From positions 7,626,001 to 7,690,000 of the forward strand of contig NC_045713.1 of the NCBI RefSeq assembly GCF_009834535.1: a stretch of 64,000 nt of DNA, read 5' to 3'. The notes below the pieces were generated by a model, which saw only the letters and a program-made list of their open reading frames with translations, did not search any database and was not told the origin of the DNA. Position 1 is the stretch's first letter. Each line of letters opens with the position of its first letter. The DNA is from Camelus ferus (lineage: Eukaryota). Both the position numbers and the translations under genes were made by a program. Below are positions 22,601 through 34,189 of this stretch, in pieces.

Positions 22601-25600
22601 GAGAAAACTGAGGCCAGGGGCCTAATGCTTTGCCCACACTCTCATGGCTGGCCAGTGGTGAAGTCAGGACCTGAAGCCAGTTCCGTGCAATTCCAAAGCC
22701 TCGTGTGCAGGGGTTAAAAGTGGCTGCTGGGGTGGTGTCTGTAGATGGGCTGTGCAGAAGTGATGGGAGCGGAGCCAGGATCCAGGAAGAGAGGCCGGGA
22801 GGGAGAGGAGGAGGAAATGCAGGCAGCAGCTGGACAGCTCTGCTCGGGAGCTGGGACTGTGTCGTCCCCACAGCCGGATTCAGGCCCCACCGCTTCAAGA
22901 TATGCAGACCTGGGCCAGTCCTGGGGCTGTCGGCCCTAAGCCAGTCCCCTCAGGCCTGGGCCTGGGCTCTGCTGCAGATTCTCAGTGGGCCTCCTCGTTC
23001 CCTCCCCCAGGAAATCGTCCAGAAAGGGCATGTGGTCACTGAGGAGACCTTCAGTTACCTGCTAATGGGCTGCATCCAGGACAAGGAGACAGGCTTCCGA
23101 CGTGCTCTGCAGGTCTGTTCCTCCCGGGTCTGCTTCCTGCCTCTCCTGCTGCCCCGCTCTGCTCCCCCTGTGCTTGTGTTGGGTGTACATGAGGATCCTG
23201 TGTGCATTTCTTGAGCACCTGCTACTGCCCTGTGCTGGGTATTTTATATTTACAAGCTTTTGGCCTTCCCAGAGCACACTGGTCCCTGCATTTTACAGAT
23301 GACAGGCAGAGGAGGTGCCGCTGTCCCCCGAGTGAGGGCACAGCCGGCCTGCACTCTCTCACGCTGCTGGCTGTGCAGCCAGCCCAGACCCGCTGACCTT
23401 ACGGTCCCCGAGGGCATGTTCAGCCCATCCCCCACTCAACATCTCTGCAGGACGGACCCAGAAGTCAGCATTCATGCCTGAGAGATTCTTAGGGACATCA
23501 GAGTTGAGGCACAGTGCTCTAATCCCACCTCAGGCCCCCAGAGAGGCAGGGTTAGCAGTGGTAGTTAGTTAGCTGGTGGTACCCCAGCTGCTTTCCCCGC
23601 TCCGAGGTGTTGGGAAGGACCTGGAGCTCGCCTGAAGCTCTAATTTAAGGTGGGGCCCACAGACCTGCAGCATCAGCCGCACCGGGGCCTCGTGTGTCCA
23701 TGTTGGCATCTCAGCCAGATCCCCAGGCGGTTGTTCCACACGGAGTTTGAGCCCTAGTGATCTCAGACAGCCCTGGGCCAAGTGCCTCCCCTTTGCAGGC
23801 TCCTGGTGAGCCGTGGCTGCCAGCCATGCCCTGGCTTCTTGAGAGAGAAAAGCAGACAAGCTCTAGTTCCCCCTCTCTTTGGCCCAGGTCTGTCCTAGTC
23901 AGAGGTGGTCTAGAACACTAATGGCCAGTTTGTGTCACACTTGTTAAGCTGCTTGAGCTACGCACCATTAGCCCCATTTTACAGATGAGGAGGCTGAGGC
24001 TCACAGAGGTTAAGTAACTGCCTAATGTCTCACAGCCACTAAGCAGCAGGGCTGGGATTTGAACCAGGGTCTGACTCTAGAGCCTGAATCCCTGCTGCCT
24101 CAGGGTAGCATGTGTGTCCCTGAAAACCTCAGTTCTGTCAGCGTGCCCCATGGAGGTGGCTGCCGAGACCCTTGCCCTCCTCGGGACCCTGTCTGGTGGA
24201 TCTGTACCCACCCAGGTCCCCCCAGCCCACGCCTCATCTGCACGCTCAGATGCAGTCTCGGCCTCCCATTGAGCCTACAGACAGAGGAGCCAGTGAGACC
24301 ATGAGCCTCTTGTGGCATCTTGGGTCACCAGTGTCAGGGTGACCCACACATGATCAGAAGGGCCCCCTGGGAACACACCAGTGCACTAGATGCCTCTCTA
24401 GGGGGTGAAAACGATCTCATCTCGAGAGGAAACGGGGCTGCCTGGGCCCACAGCTTGTGAGGCGCTCTTCCCGGCTGAGACACCCTCCGCCCGCACCCAC
24501 TCTGCACCCTCGAGGGAGCCGAGGGCGCCAAATGGGGCAGGGCGCACAGTAGGCACTCGGGAAGTGCAGCTAAATCCAGTCCTTAAGTCAGCCTGGACTC
24601 TTCCAGAGCCTCACTCTGGCCGTCCCTTCCTGGGGAGTACAGAGAAGGTGGCAGAGGCCCGGGGCCAAGCCTGTTCCCTGGTGCAGGGCCCTGGGGAGGC
24701 GGGGGGGCTGGAGCTGCGACACCAGTTTTGGGGTGAGCTGGAGAGGAAAGAATGGCACCCCGTGGAGGCTCCCAGAGCTTCCAGGTTCTTGGGTTCTTAG
24801 TTGCCCAGACCCTGGTGCTGGGATCGAGGATTGCCAGGTCCTTCCCACAGCCCCACGTTGGCCGGCTGGGTGCTGCCTCCCGGTGCCCGCCCTGCAGAAG
24901 GCTCGTCTCTCCCGCCAGGTGTGGAGGCAGATGCTGCATCTGGGGCTTCAGCCCAGCCGGCACAGCTACAACCTGCTGTTGGGGGCAGCTCGGGACTGCG
25001 GCCTGGGGGACCCGGAGGTGGCCGCGGCCGTGCTTCTGAGGCCCAGGAAGGATATGGCCCTGCTGCAGCCCCTGGCAGGCAGGCAGCGGGCAAAGAGGAG
25101 AGCCCGGGCCGGGGCGGACAGCAGCACATGGGCCAGGCTGCTCGTGGAGGCCCTGGAGAGGCAGCTGTTTTGGGAACCTTCTCAGGCACTTGAGGGGTCT
25201 CCGGAAATTCAGGAGGCTGGGGCCCCCAGCATGGCCCAACCTAGAGTGGAAACGAAGGCGGAGCCTGATCACAGGGTGGCCCTCCCCTCTGTGGCCCCAG
25301 AACCACCTCCTTGGGGGCTGAAGGCCAACCTCCTGACCATGGGGGCGGTCCCCTTGGCGGTGGTGTCCTTTGGGACCGTGACCACCCCAGCCGACAGACT
25401 GGCCTTGATGGGGGGCCTGGAGGGTTTCCTGGGCAAGATGGCGGAGCACGGGCTTCGGCCGGACATCAAGACCCTCACGCTGCTGGCTGAGGCGGTGGAG
25501 CCCGGGAGCCCCGCAGAGTCCTCACTGCTGAGCGTCCTGGACACGCACCAGGTGGAGGCTGACGTGACCTTCTTCAACACGCTGATGAGGAAGAAGAGCA

Positions 25601-28583
25601 GGCGGGGTGATCTGGAGGGGGCGAAGGTGAGGGGCTCGGGGGCACAGGGCCCTTGGCTGGGCCCCTGCCCTGCCCGGTGTGTCGTCCATCCCCGCAGTAG
25701 GTGCGCAGACTGTCCAGGCCCCCACTCTGGGCGTGTGGTGGTCCTCATCTCACAGATGGGGACACCAGGGCCCTCACGGGAATTTTGTCCTTTTGTGCAT
25801 GTTTCAACGTGATACCCTGTTTGCCAGGAGCACTGACCTGGGCCCTTGTGAGCATTGAGGGTGACAGACACATACAGCTCCTGCCTTCAGGTGCCCCTGG
25901 TGTCTAGCATCCAGCCGCCGGCGTCACCAGAGAAGGCTCTTGCTTGGGCTGGTGGGCTGCAGCTTACACTGATGCCATGTCTGTGCCCACAGGCCCTGCT
26001 GCCAGTCCTGGCAAGGAGAGGAATTATCCCCAACCTGCAGACGTTCTGCAACCTGGCCATCGGGTGCCACAGGCCAGCGGATGGTCTGCAGCTGCTCGCA
26101 GACATGAAGGTGAGGGGGCCCGGGCCTGGGCAGGACCCGTGGTGCGGAAGAAGAAAGCTGGGTCAGGGAGGTAGGGGCCCTCCCAAAGCCCCAGACCTCT
26201 GCAGTCAGGGTAGACTGCTGGGGGGTGCAGGGAGTATGGGGTCACTCTAGCTTCAGGTATAGAACAGTCATTGGCCCAACTTGGAAGAAGGTAGATGCTG
26301 GTGAGCCGCTGCACAGAGACGGGGTATCATGATCTTGAAGGTGGTGGCCTCGGGGTGAGATTGAGGCGTGGGGACAGGTCTCGGCCCTAGCCCTCTGAGG
26401 GATGGAGGGTGTGGCTGGAGCAGGGCTGTATCAGAATTCTCGGGGGACAGAGGCTGCAGTAAATTCACGAGAGGTGGTCTGCCTGTGGTTTACCGCCTGA
26501 GTTCATTGTCTCAGAACAACACTGGTTCCTCTCCGGGCTCTTCAGGGCTGGGAGGTAGGGCCCTCAGCTGGGTGGGCTGGACCCACACGTGCTTTCCCTT
26601 TGGAGGGGGAGTGCAGCCCGTGGCTGCTACGAGGTCCTGCCCGTCTTGTCCCTGGTGGCTGGTCTGCAGAGCAGGCCTGATTGGCAGGGTCACGCCCCAA
26701 GCCTGACACGCCACAGTGGCCATCATCTTGCTGTCTATGATGTTCCAGAGATCCCAGGTGACCCCCAACACCCACTTCTACAGCACCCTCATCAATGCGG
26801 CCCTGAAGAAGCTGGACTACACCTATCTTATCGACATCCTGAAGGACATGAGGCGGGACAGAGTCCCGGTGAATGAAGTGGTCATCCGCCAGCTGGAGTT
26901 TGCCGCCCAGTACCCCCCCACCTTTGACCGGGTACATGCCCCCGTCTCTTCACCAGCGCCCCCCCTGCCCCCGGGTCCGGCCTCCCGGGATGGGCGTCCC
27001 CTGGCTTTAAACTGACAGTGGCTCCCCTTGAGGAAAATCCCGAACTCCTCAGACCACAGCGTCCGCGTGGCTTTCATCTCAGGCCACGCTTCCCTTGGTT
27101 CACTGCGCCAGTCCCGCTGGCCTTTGCCCACTTCTGGATAACACCGGCCTCTGCCCTCCCCCCTGAATAGGCGCCCCTGCCTGTCACGTGTCTGGTTCCT
27201 TCTCATCCCGTAGGTCTCGGCTTAGCTGGCTCTTTCTCCACGTGGCGCTGTGCCTTTCCCCAGCTTCCCAGCCTGTAGTTAACGTGTGCACGTGTGACTC
27301 TCGCCTTGAGATCATCAGCCCCTGGAGGTGGAGACTGTCTCCCTTGCTCACCTGGGTCCCGAGTGCCTGCCCATTGTCCGGTGCCCGGTGTAGACTGTTT
27401 GTCAAGTGAACAGGACGGCTGGGCAGTGATGGACCTGATTTGTAACGGCCGTTCCTCTCCCTCATTCTGAGGAGTCAGGGATGGCCATGCAGGGCTGTTT
27501 GAGTGCCATTGTTAAGACTCAGTGAGGCTGCCAGGCAGAGGGCATAGCTGGGCATCTTTGAACAGTTGACTGTTAGTGTTGTCTTACTGATTCCTCAGAG
27601 TTCTTTATATATTCCGGATGTCAGTCTTTTGTTGGTTCCATGTTGCAAGTAACTTCTAGTTAGTTGTGTCCACTCTGTGTGGGGCCCACAGTCAACAGTC
27701 ACCAAACTCCCATCGGCTTGAAGCTGATCGTGTTCAGTCACACATTCCTGCTTCCTTACGGTGGTGGGCTCAATTCTGCTGGTGGTGGGCTCATTTCTGC
27801 TTGCGATGGTCGTTCTGCTCCCTGTACATCTAGGCTATATTAGGTACCAGTTTAGAGGTGTTCAGTCTTTTGAATCAACCCTTTTGTCATCACGTGGTAA
27901 GTCTTTGTCAGACTTTTTTGGGTTTTTTGGTGTATTCTTCTACCCACTTTCTCTTGGCATCTGCCTGGCACACTGTTTCCTTTTCTCCCACCACCTCTGC
28001 ACAGAGAACACGGCAGCAGTGCTGAGGGGACGGTCAGCAGGGAGCAGCGGGCACAGGGGGAGGCGCTCAGCAGACTGTGGGGTCAGTTTGTGGCACCCAG
28101 CGATTGTAGCTGTGGGGGCTGGGGTGCTATCCTGGGTATAGGAGCCCAGCTGCACATACTTAGGAAGGATGGTTAGCAGATGGGAGTCTGGGCCCGCCCC
28201 ACAGTACAGCTTTGTTTCTCCATGGCACGCTACTCAGTATTGAACGGCATTTCTGCCCTCTCTCTTGACCATCTGGAAGCCGGAACAGCTTCCCTGAGGC
28301 CTGAGCCAGCTGCCATGATTTGGGCTGAGCTGTATGTAACTTGCAACAAGTCTAATCATGGCCCCCCTGAACCCGGAACCCCATGCTTTTCCAATTACAG
28401 TACAAAGGGAAGAACACCTACCTGGAGAAGATCGATGGCTTCCGAGCTTATTATAAGCAATGGCTAAAAGTGATGCCAGCAGAGGAAACCCCCCACCCAT
28501 GGCAGAAATTCCGAACCAGACCAAAGGGAGAGCAGGACACCGTCACCGTGGCTGATGTGGACAGAGACCCTGGGGGCCAGTGA
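19690..28583 (+). CDS. PTCD1: Pentatricopeptide repeat-containing protein 1, mitochondrial, 708 aa. Coding exons 19690-20163, 21571-21711, 22038-22256, 23011-23112, 24919-25626, 25993-26109, 26749-26931, 28401-28583
   Basis: The spliced ORF of 2127 nt runs [10 protein letters not shown]...[11 protein letters not shown]...[16 protein letters not shown]...[28 protein letters not shown]...[16 protein letters not shown]...DPGGQ*. All coding junctions are phase 0 GT-AG. The exon 2 acceptor is at 19666-19667, giving a 22-nt leader before the ATG. Confidence 0.96.
20850..21070 (+). mobile_element. Old L1M 3'UTR fragment inserted in an L2 remnant (about 20450-21300)
   Basis: gatgtctggaatttgcttt...gagattggcc...ctgttctctctccttttgtgtac...tttccataatgaaagg matches the L1MC/MD 3' end. 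L2-like sequence flanks both sides. Confidence 0.6.
23960..24085 (-). mobile_element. MIR
   Basis: MIR core ccccattttacagatgaggaggctgaggctcacagaggttaagtaactgcc...gggatttgaacc. Confidence 0.8.
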
Positions 28584-29013
28584 TGGGGAGACCCTGGGGA
28601 CCCCCAGCAGAGCTGGAACCAAGTGCACAGCCTTCCCAGGGCTTTGGGGGAGCCCCAGGAGTCCCTCTCATGTAAAAGACTCACGAATGTGCTGCTGTAG
28701 CTGCAGGTATGAGGGGAAAGGTCTGGTCCAGGACAAAGTGAGAGCTGCAGCCTTTCCAGGCATTGGTCTGAGGACAAATGCTGGGCCCCGTGTGCCCAAG
28801 TTCATGGCACGTCCCAGGGAGCATGGGCCACCATGGTACACCATCTCAGGCCATCCTCACCTGAGAGGTTGTCACCCCCATCACTGATGAGGAGAGTGAA
28901 TCTGCTCAAGGTGGAGTTGTCCTAAAGGCAACTGGTCTCCAGGGCCTGGTGCTGTCCCACTGGGTCCCACTGGCTCTGAGAGAAGGAGTGCAGGGCCCAA
29001 AAGGTTTAAAAGT

Positions 29014-29019
29014 TTTATT
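29014..29019 (-). terminator. BUD31: BUD31 poly(A) signal AATAAA
   Basis: Plus-strand tttatt about 175 nt beyond the BUD31 stop codon. Confidence 0.85.
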
Positions 29020-29192
29020 TCTACAAATCACAGCTGATGAACACCAAAGCCTTCGCATGTAGAGACCATGCTCCAACTCGGGCCTTGGGTGCTGCTCTGT
29101 GGGTAGAGCTGCTTCCAGGAAAGGGGCAGTGTGACAGGCAGACTCCTGCGCAGCCAAGAGTCCAGGGCGGAGGCGGTCACGGTGCAAGGGCC

Positions 29193-32100
29193 TCAGCCGG
29201 AGCAGCCCCGGCAGCCGCAGTGCGTGCATTCGATGATCCGGCCCTGCGGACGGAGGACAGAGGACAGCTGAGCCACCACGCCCCCTGCCACGTGCCGCAC
29301 ACCCTTGTGCAGGTGTCCTCCTGCAGGAGGGATGGCCACAGGACACTTACTGCCTACAGGACACTCAGAAACCCTCTGTGACAGTTCTGGATGGGGAGAA
29401 TTCCGTTCCCTTGTGATGGTGGAAACTGCTACCGCTGATAAACTGAAGTTACAACTTTTAAGTGTATTTAATTTATGCAAATTCAGTGTACACATTTGCT
29501 CCCAAAAAAGGAAAACAATCTGTCTGAATGATTCTTGTTATTCTGTGAGGCAGAGATACCATGCAGTGAGCGGAGGCGGGTCTGCTACTGCTCCGAGGGC
29601 TCAGTGCCAGGGGCCCAGGGCCGCCTCTGGGGAAACTTTCTAGTGGGGTGTGGGGAGAGAGACGGTGTGTTCCAGAATCTGTGGCAGCAGAACAGTCTCG
29701 TCCCCCAGGCCAGGTGTGGCCTAATGTCTGGCCGAGGGCCTGCCCCAGAGCAACAGTGTTCATCATCTTCCTTTTTCCTCTTATTTTGGAGGAGCAAAAC
29801 CCTTGTCTAAGCAAACAAGATCCGGTGGTGAAACCCAAGCTAAATCCAAAGCAGGCTGTTCTGGCCACGGGGCTGGGGCAGCACCCCAGGTAGATGTCGC
29901 CATGGAATCCCGGGGGTCCCAGAGGAGCAGGGCTTCTGCTGCCCCGCTCCGAGAACCAGCAGCAGCGCCTTCCCTCAGGGAGGCGTCCCTTGCTTGCTCT
30001 CCATTGCTCAGTGTGCCTGTCCTTGAACTTCCAGATGATTCTGGGTGACACAGCTGCCTGCTGAGCTAAAAGCCCTTGGCCCAAAACCGAAGCTCTACAA
30101 ACTGTAACTAGGGCTGCAGCGGGAAGGGACCTGATGACATGAAGGGAACTGGTGATGAGGGACCCTGTGGAAGAAGCCACCTGGGCTGAACTCAGCGGGG
30201 CCCACAGCGGTCAGCTGAGGGGCTGAACTCAAAGGCCATTCTGGCCTCCTCCTGCAGCCCCACTTTGGGAGGCGCTGGTGCCTGGAGCTCAGCTACCGCA
30301 CACCCAGGACCATCCCCGAGCCACCCAGCCTAGCTTTGGGACAGGAAGTTCTGACAAGGAATGCAGTGATGGCAGGAGGGTGTAGCCCAGTGGTGGAGCG
30401 CGTACTCAGCATGCATGAGGTCCTGGGTTCAATCCCCAGTACCTCTACTTTTTAAACAAAGAAATGCAGTGATGATAATGTTAACGTGACACTGGGAAGG
30501 ACAAGAGGCCTGCAGAGTAGGGTGGCTGAAGGGCAAGCACTAGGGGAAGATGGACGCCTCCTGCCAACTGGCCCACCCTCCCCCCGACTCAGCCCTCACG
30601 GCCACCTTGGGGGGGGTCGTCACCCCCACTTTGCAAGTGAGAAAAGGAGCCCAATAATTTGCCCACAGGAGTTGAGACTGGCCCCCAGACCTAACAAACA
30701 CGATTACTGCCAAGCTGCCTGGTACAGCTCCCCCAACAGAGGGACTCACTCCTGGGGTGTGGGGGTGGCCAGTAGGACATCCAGCCACAAAACTACATTC
30801 CAGCCCAACAAAATAACAAAGTCCCTTGCGGTCAACTAGGGCAGAACCCTGAACAGAGAGTAACGTCAAACTCAATCGTCAGACATTACGGGGTTGGGGG
30901 AGGGCAGCATTACCACTTCCAGCTTGCTTTTGGGGACCCGGCAAATGCAGTTTGTCCCAAAATTGGTGTCCCGTGTCTGAATGCACCGCAGGCAGCATAA
31001 GTTCTCGTAGCCCTGCTTTTTCCATTTTGCGATCAGGTTTTTATCTGCGTAGCCTTCCTTAATACAATATTCATAGAGTTCTGTCAAAAAGATGGGGAAA
31101 GGGCATCACACCATGGTCTAACAAAGCTCCCCCAACCCATCACTACCCACCCGTAAAATGTATTTAGTGGGGAGGGTGTAGCTCAGTGGTAGAGAATGTG
31201 CTTAGCATGCACGAGGTCCTGGGTTCAATCCCCAGTACCTCCATCAAAGTAAATAAATAAATAACCTAATTACCCTCCCCCAAAAGTATTTAACCAATAC
31301 TGCCCCCTTGCCCCTTTTTGGTGGCAAGAAAAGTGACATTTGCTGAGCTTGCAAGAACTACTTAAATTTGAAAGCCACTCAAGTTGGAAAGGCCAAGAGA
31401 ATCTGTCCAGGTACCTCTGCTTATAGCTTTCCGCTTGTAGAAGAGGTCAAAAATATAGCGGGTTTTCTGGTGGTGTATCCTGAAGATGGGCCACAGAGAT
31501 TCCACCTTCCTCTTTCCCTCATGAGGCTCTGTTTCAGCTGGGGAGGAAACACGTGTGTTTGTTTTGGTTTGGGAGGCAGGGTTGGTCTGCACAGGATATA
31601 GTGGTTTTTTTTAATAAGAAGGGATAAAGAATAAATCCTACTTCATACCCACTAGGATAGCCGTCATCACACCTTTTGCATGTAAACACTCTCCCTCCAA
31701 AAAGTCATCCCTTAAAACAGGAAGACTTATTTTCAGGGACTCATAAAATATTTCCTATTACAACAATCTCCCAAGTTCCTTTATTCTGAATAAGGACCTG
31801 TTTGGGGAAGAAACCTCCTAGCCCAAAATGCCCTTGATTACTGCAAGTTCTAGGAATCTAAGAAAACTACCTGATACAATCAGCTTCAAAAAAAAGGAAG
31901 CAAAGTAGTTTATGACTCACTCAGTAGTTGTTGCTGGAGGTATGACTTAATAATAATGGTTAGATTAGTTACCAAAAACCTCAAAAAAAAAAAAAAAGAT
32001 TGCTTTAAAAAACAATTCAGTAAATGTCTATACTGCGATTATAAAGCCAACAGATGCTTATGGCTTCAGATAAAATTTCCCCGAACTGTCCACTACACCG

Positions 32101-32689
32101 ATTACAAAGTGCAGGATCACACAACATTTAGAGGGAAGTAAAGGTGGTGCATTCTGGAAAACTGGCAGATGATGCAAAAACAAAGTGATGATGAAACAAT
32201 CAGACTCACGAGAAAAATCTACATAAAAATGTTTCAAAAAATGTGGAAGTGAAAAAGAACAGGCTTTCCCAAGTAAATGTACTTTGTATGACTTCAAATA
32301 TACCTCCAACAGAGTAAATAATTATAGGTAGACTATTGGATCTATACTCCCTAAAACTTTTACTTAAATTGGCCCCAAAACATTTTTGAGGGCTTTCTGT
32401 GAGTATTGTATGACGTTCTGACATTTCTGGTGCTCTTATGAGTTAATACGCAAACAAAGCCCATCAGTGTCAGGAGGCCACAGTGGTACTGCCTGTCACT
32501 TCCCATGTGTAGCTGCATTTGTGCCTGGCCCCTGGGGGCATCTAAGCCAGAGACCCTGGGACACGGCCCACCGAGACAAGAACTCCTCCACTCACCTTCT
32601 CTCATCTTTTGATCTAATTCATCCAATGTTGGCTCAATCAACTCCCAGCCATCTGGGGGAGCTTTCCGGCTTCTTTTGACTTTAGGCAT
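29193..32689 (-). CDS. BUD31: Protein BUD31 homolog (G10), spliceosome component, 144 aa. Coding exons 32596-32689, 31415-31537, 30914-31080, 29193-29243; the ATG exon starts at 32718
   Basis: The 435-nt spliced ORF reads [144 protein letters not shown]. Confidence 0.97.
30372..30462 (+). mobile_element. tRNA-Ala-derived SINE (camelid vic-1-like), short tail
   Basis: tRNA-Ala-like body with A and B boxes (TAGCCCAGTGG, GGTTCAATCC), flanked by the target-site duplication aatgcagtgatg at 30360-30371 and 30463-30474. Confidence 0.85.
31169..31285 (+). mobile_element. tRNA-Ala-derived SINE (camelid vic-1-like) with (AAAT)n and ACCTAATTACC tail
   Basis: ggggagggtgtagctcagtggtagag...ggttcaatccccagtacctcca followed by aaataaataaataacctaattaccctccccc. 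The flanks carry an imperfect gtattta duplication. Confidence 0.9.
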
Positions 32690-32804
32690 TTTTTCCCTGG
32701 AAGATAACTTGCAAAGATCTGTCGGGAAAAAATTACATGAATTGGTTTCTGAGCCTCAGGTCCCCAAAGGACTTCACAAGCCACAACTTTGGTGTACATT
32801 CATA

Positions 32805-32960
32805 TCCCTAAATCTGTTTCCTCATCTGTAAAATGGGGATAATAGAATCTACTTCATAGGATTTCATAGGATCATTGTGAAGACTTAATTATAATTATAC
32901 ATAACATGAATACACACATAACACTTAATGTGTGCTTAATAGATTTTTGCTGTTGCTAAC
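32805..32960 (+). mobile_element. MIR
   Basis: ctgtttcctcatctgtaaaatggggataatag...atagg...tgtgaagacttaat. Confidence 0.75.
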
Positions 32961-34141
32961 TGACATCAACTATGAGCCGGTCCCTGTCTCTGTACTGGAA
33001 ATACAGAACAAACAATAAGATACAACCTCTATTCCTGAGAAGGTGATATTCCAACAAGGAAATAAAAAGTGAAAAGGGAATTACAATACAGTGTGAGGTA
33101 GACTATGACTGGGAGAGGAGAGAAGATGAGGGTTTAAAAATGGAAAGACAGTGTAAAACCAAAGTACCTTAGGACCTGTTTCCCAAAAGTGTAACAGAAA
33201 GATCTCTGGTCTCTTCAGTTATAGGTTTAGGTTCTTATCCAGCTCTACCAATTACTCTGTGATTTGGAGGAGGTCACATTCGCTCTCTGGTTCTCAGTCT
33301 CGTCTGTAAAACAAGAGCAGTGTATTAGCCTGATTGCCGAGATCTCTTTTACACTCAACCAACATATGACATAAAGGCAAATCATGTAAAGCCATGTAAA
33401 GCCCATCCAAATTTACATAGCAAGTCATTTTTCAAACCACATAGTATTTACCTGCTGGCAAAGAGAACTCAGGTTAATTATTTCTTATCTTTTAGCAAAG
33501 CAGACTCCTCTCTCCCAAATTCATTCAGTTCCTCCCTACTGTAGGGTGCCTGACAAGTTTGTAAAGCCCCGCCTCATCCTCTTTCCATGAGTTCTTCGTA
33601 ACAATCCTACTGATGAGGAACCAGACTACAAGAGGTAAACTCGGGGTCGCACACAGTTGGGAACTGACAAGAGTCTGGGGGCTCCTGACTCCCAAATCAG
33701 GGATCTCTGCACTTGTCTCCCCTGCGCTGAAGCTAGAGATGGATGGAATCCGGTCCCTGTCCCAAAGCACGCGGGCTGAGAGGACAAACACGGGAATGAC
33801 CACTTTGCTATGACCCAGGGAGATTCGAGGCCTTGGCCCAGGCGGGGAGTCAGAAGAGGCCTCCCAGGAGAGATAACATTTAAGAAGTAATAGATCAAAA
33901 AAAAAAAAAAAAAAAAGAGGAGTGGGGCGGTATAAGAGGGGTGGTGGCGCTCGGGAGAGGCGGCGAGAGACGTTCGGAGAGAGGGAAGACGTTACAGCCG
34001 GGGATGTAAGAAAGGCTGATAAAGACAATGGCATCTGAACCAGGCTTACACAAATAAGTAGTTATTTAGACAGAAAACTACCAGCGGAGAAAAGAGCATG
34101 GGGAAAAAAAGAGGGAAAAGCCTAAAAGCAAGAGAACCCCC

Positions 34142-34179
34142 AAATCTCCCATCCTTTCAGAAATCTCCCATCCTTTCAG
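34142..34179. repeat. Perfect 19-bp tandem duplication (aaatctcccatcctttcag)x2
   Basis: Read directly from the sequence. Confidence 0.95.
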
Positions 34180-34189
34180 CCTAACAGGC

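Noticed and set aside
24583-25449. 288-aa ORF antisense to PTCD1 exon 6
   Set aside because: Shadow ORF of a GC-rich coding exon.
31169-31243. Near-perfect tRNA-Ala(AGC)-like sequence, also at 30372, 54395-54469 and about 60575-60652
   Set aside because: The copies have SINE tails, target-site duplications and broken stems, so they are retroposed SINEs rather than tRNA genes.
33640-33920. Possible BUD31 non-coding exon 2 (acceptor at about 33777, T-run upstream)
   Set aside because: It lies in L2/MIR remnants and I found no convincing donor, so I could not place boundaries.
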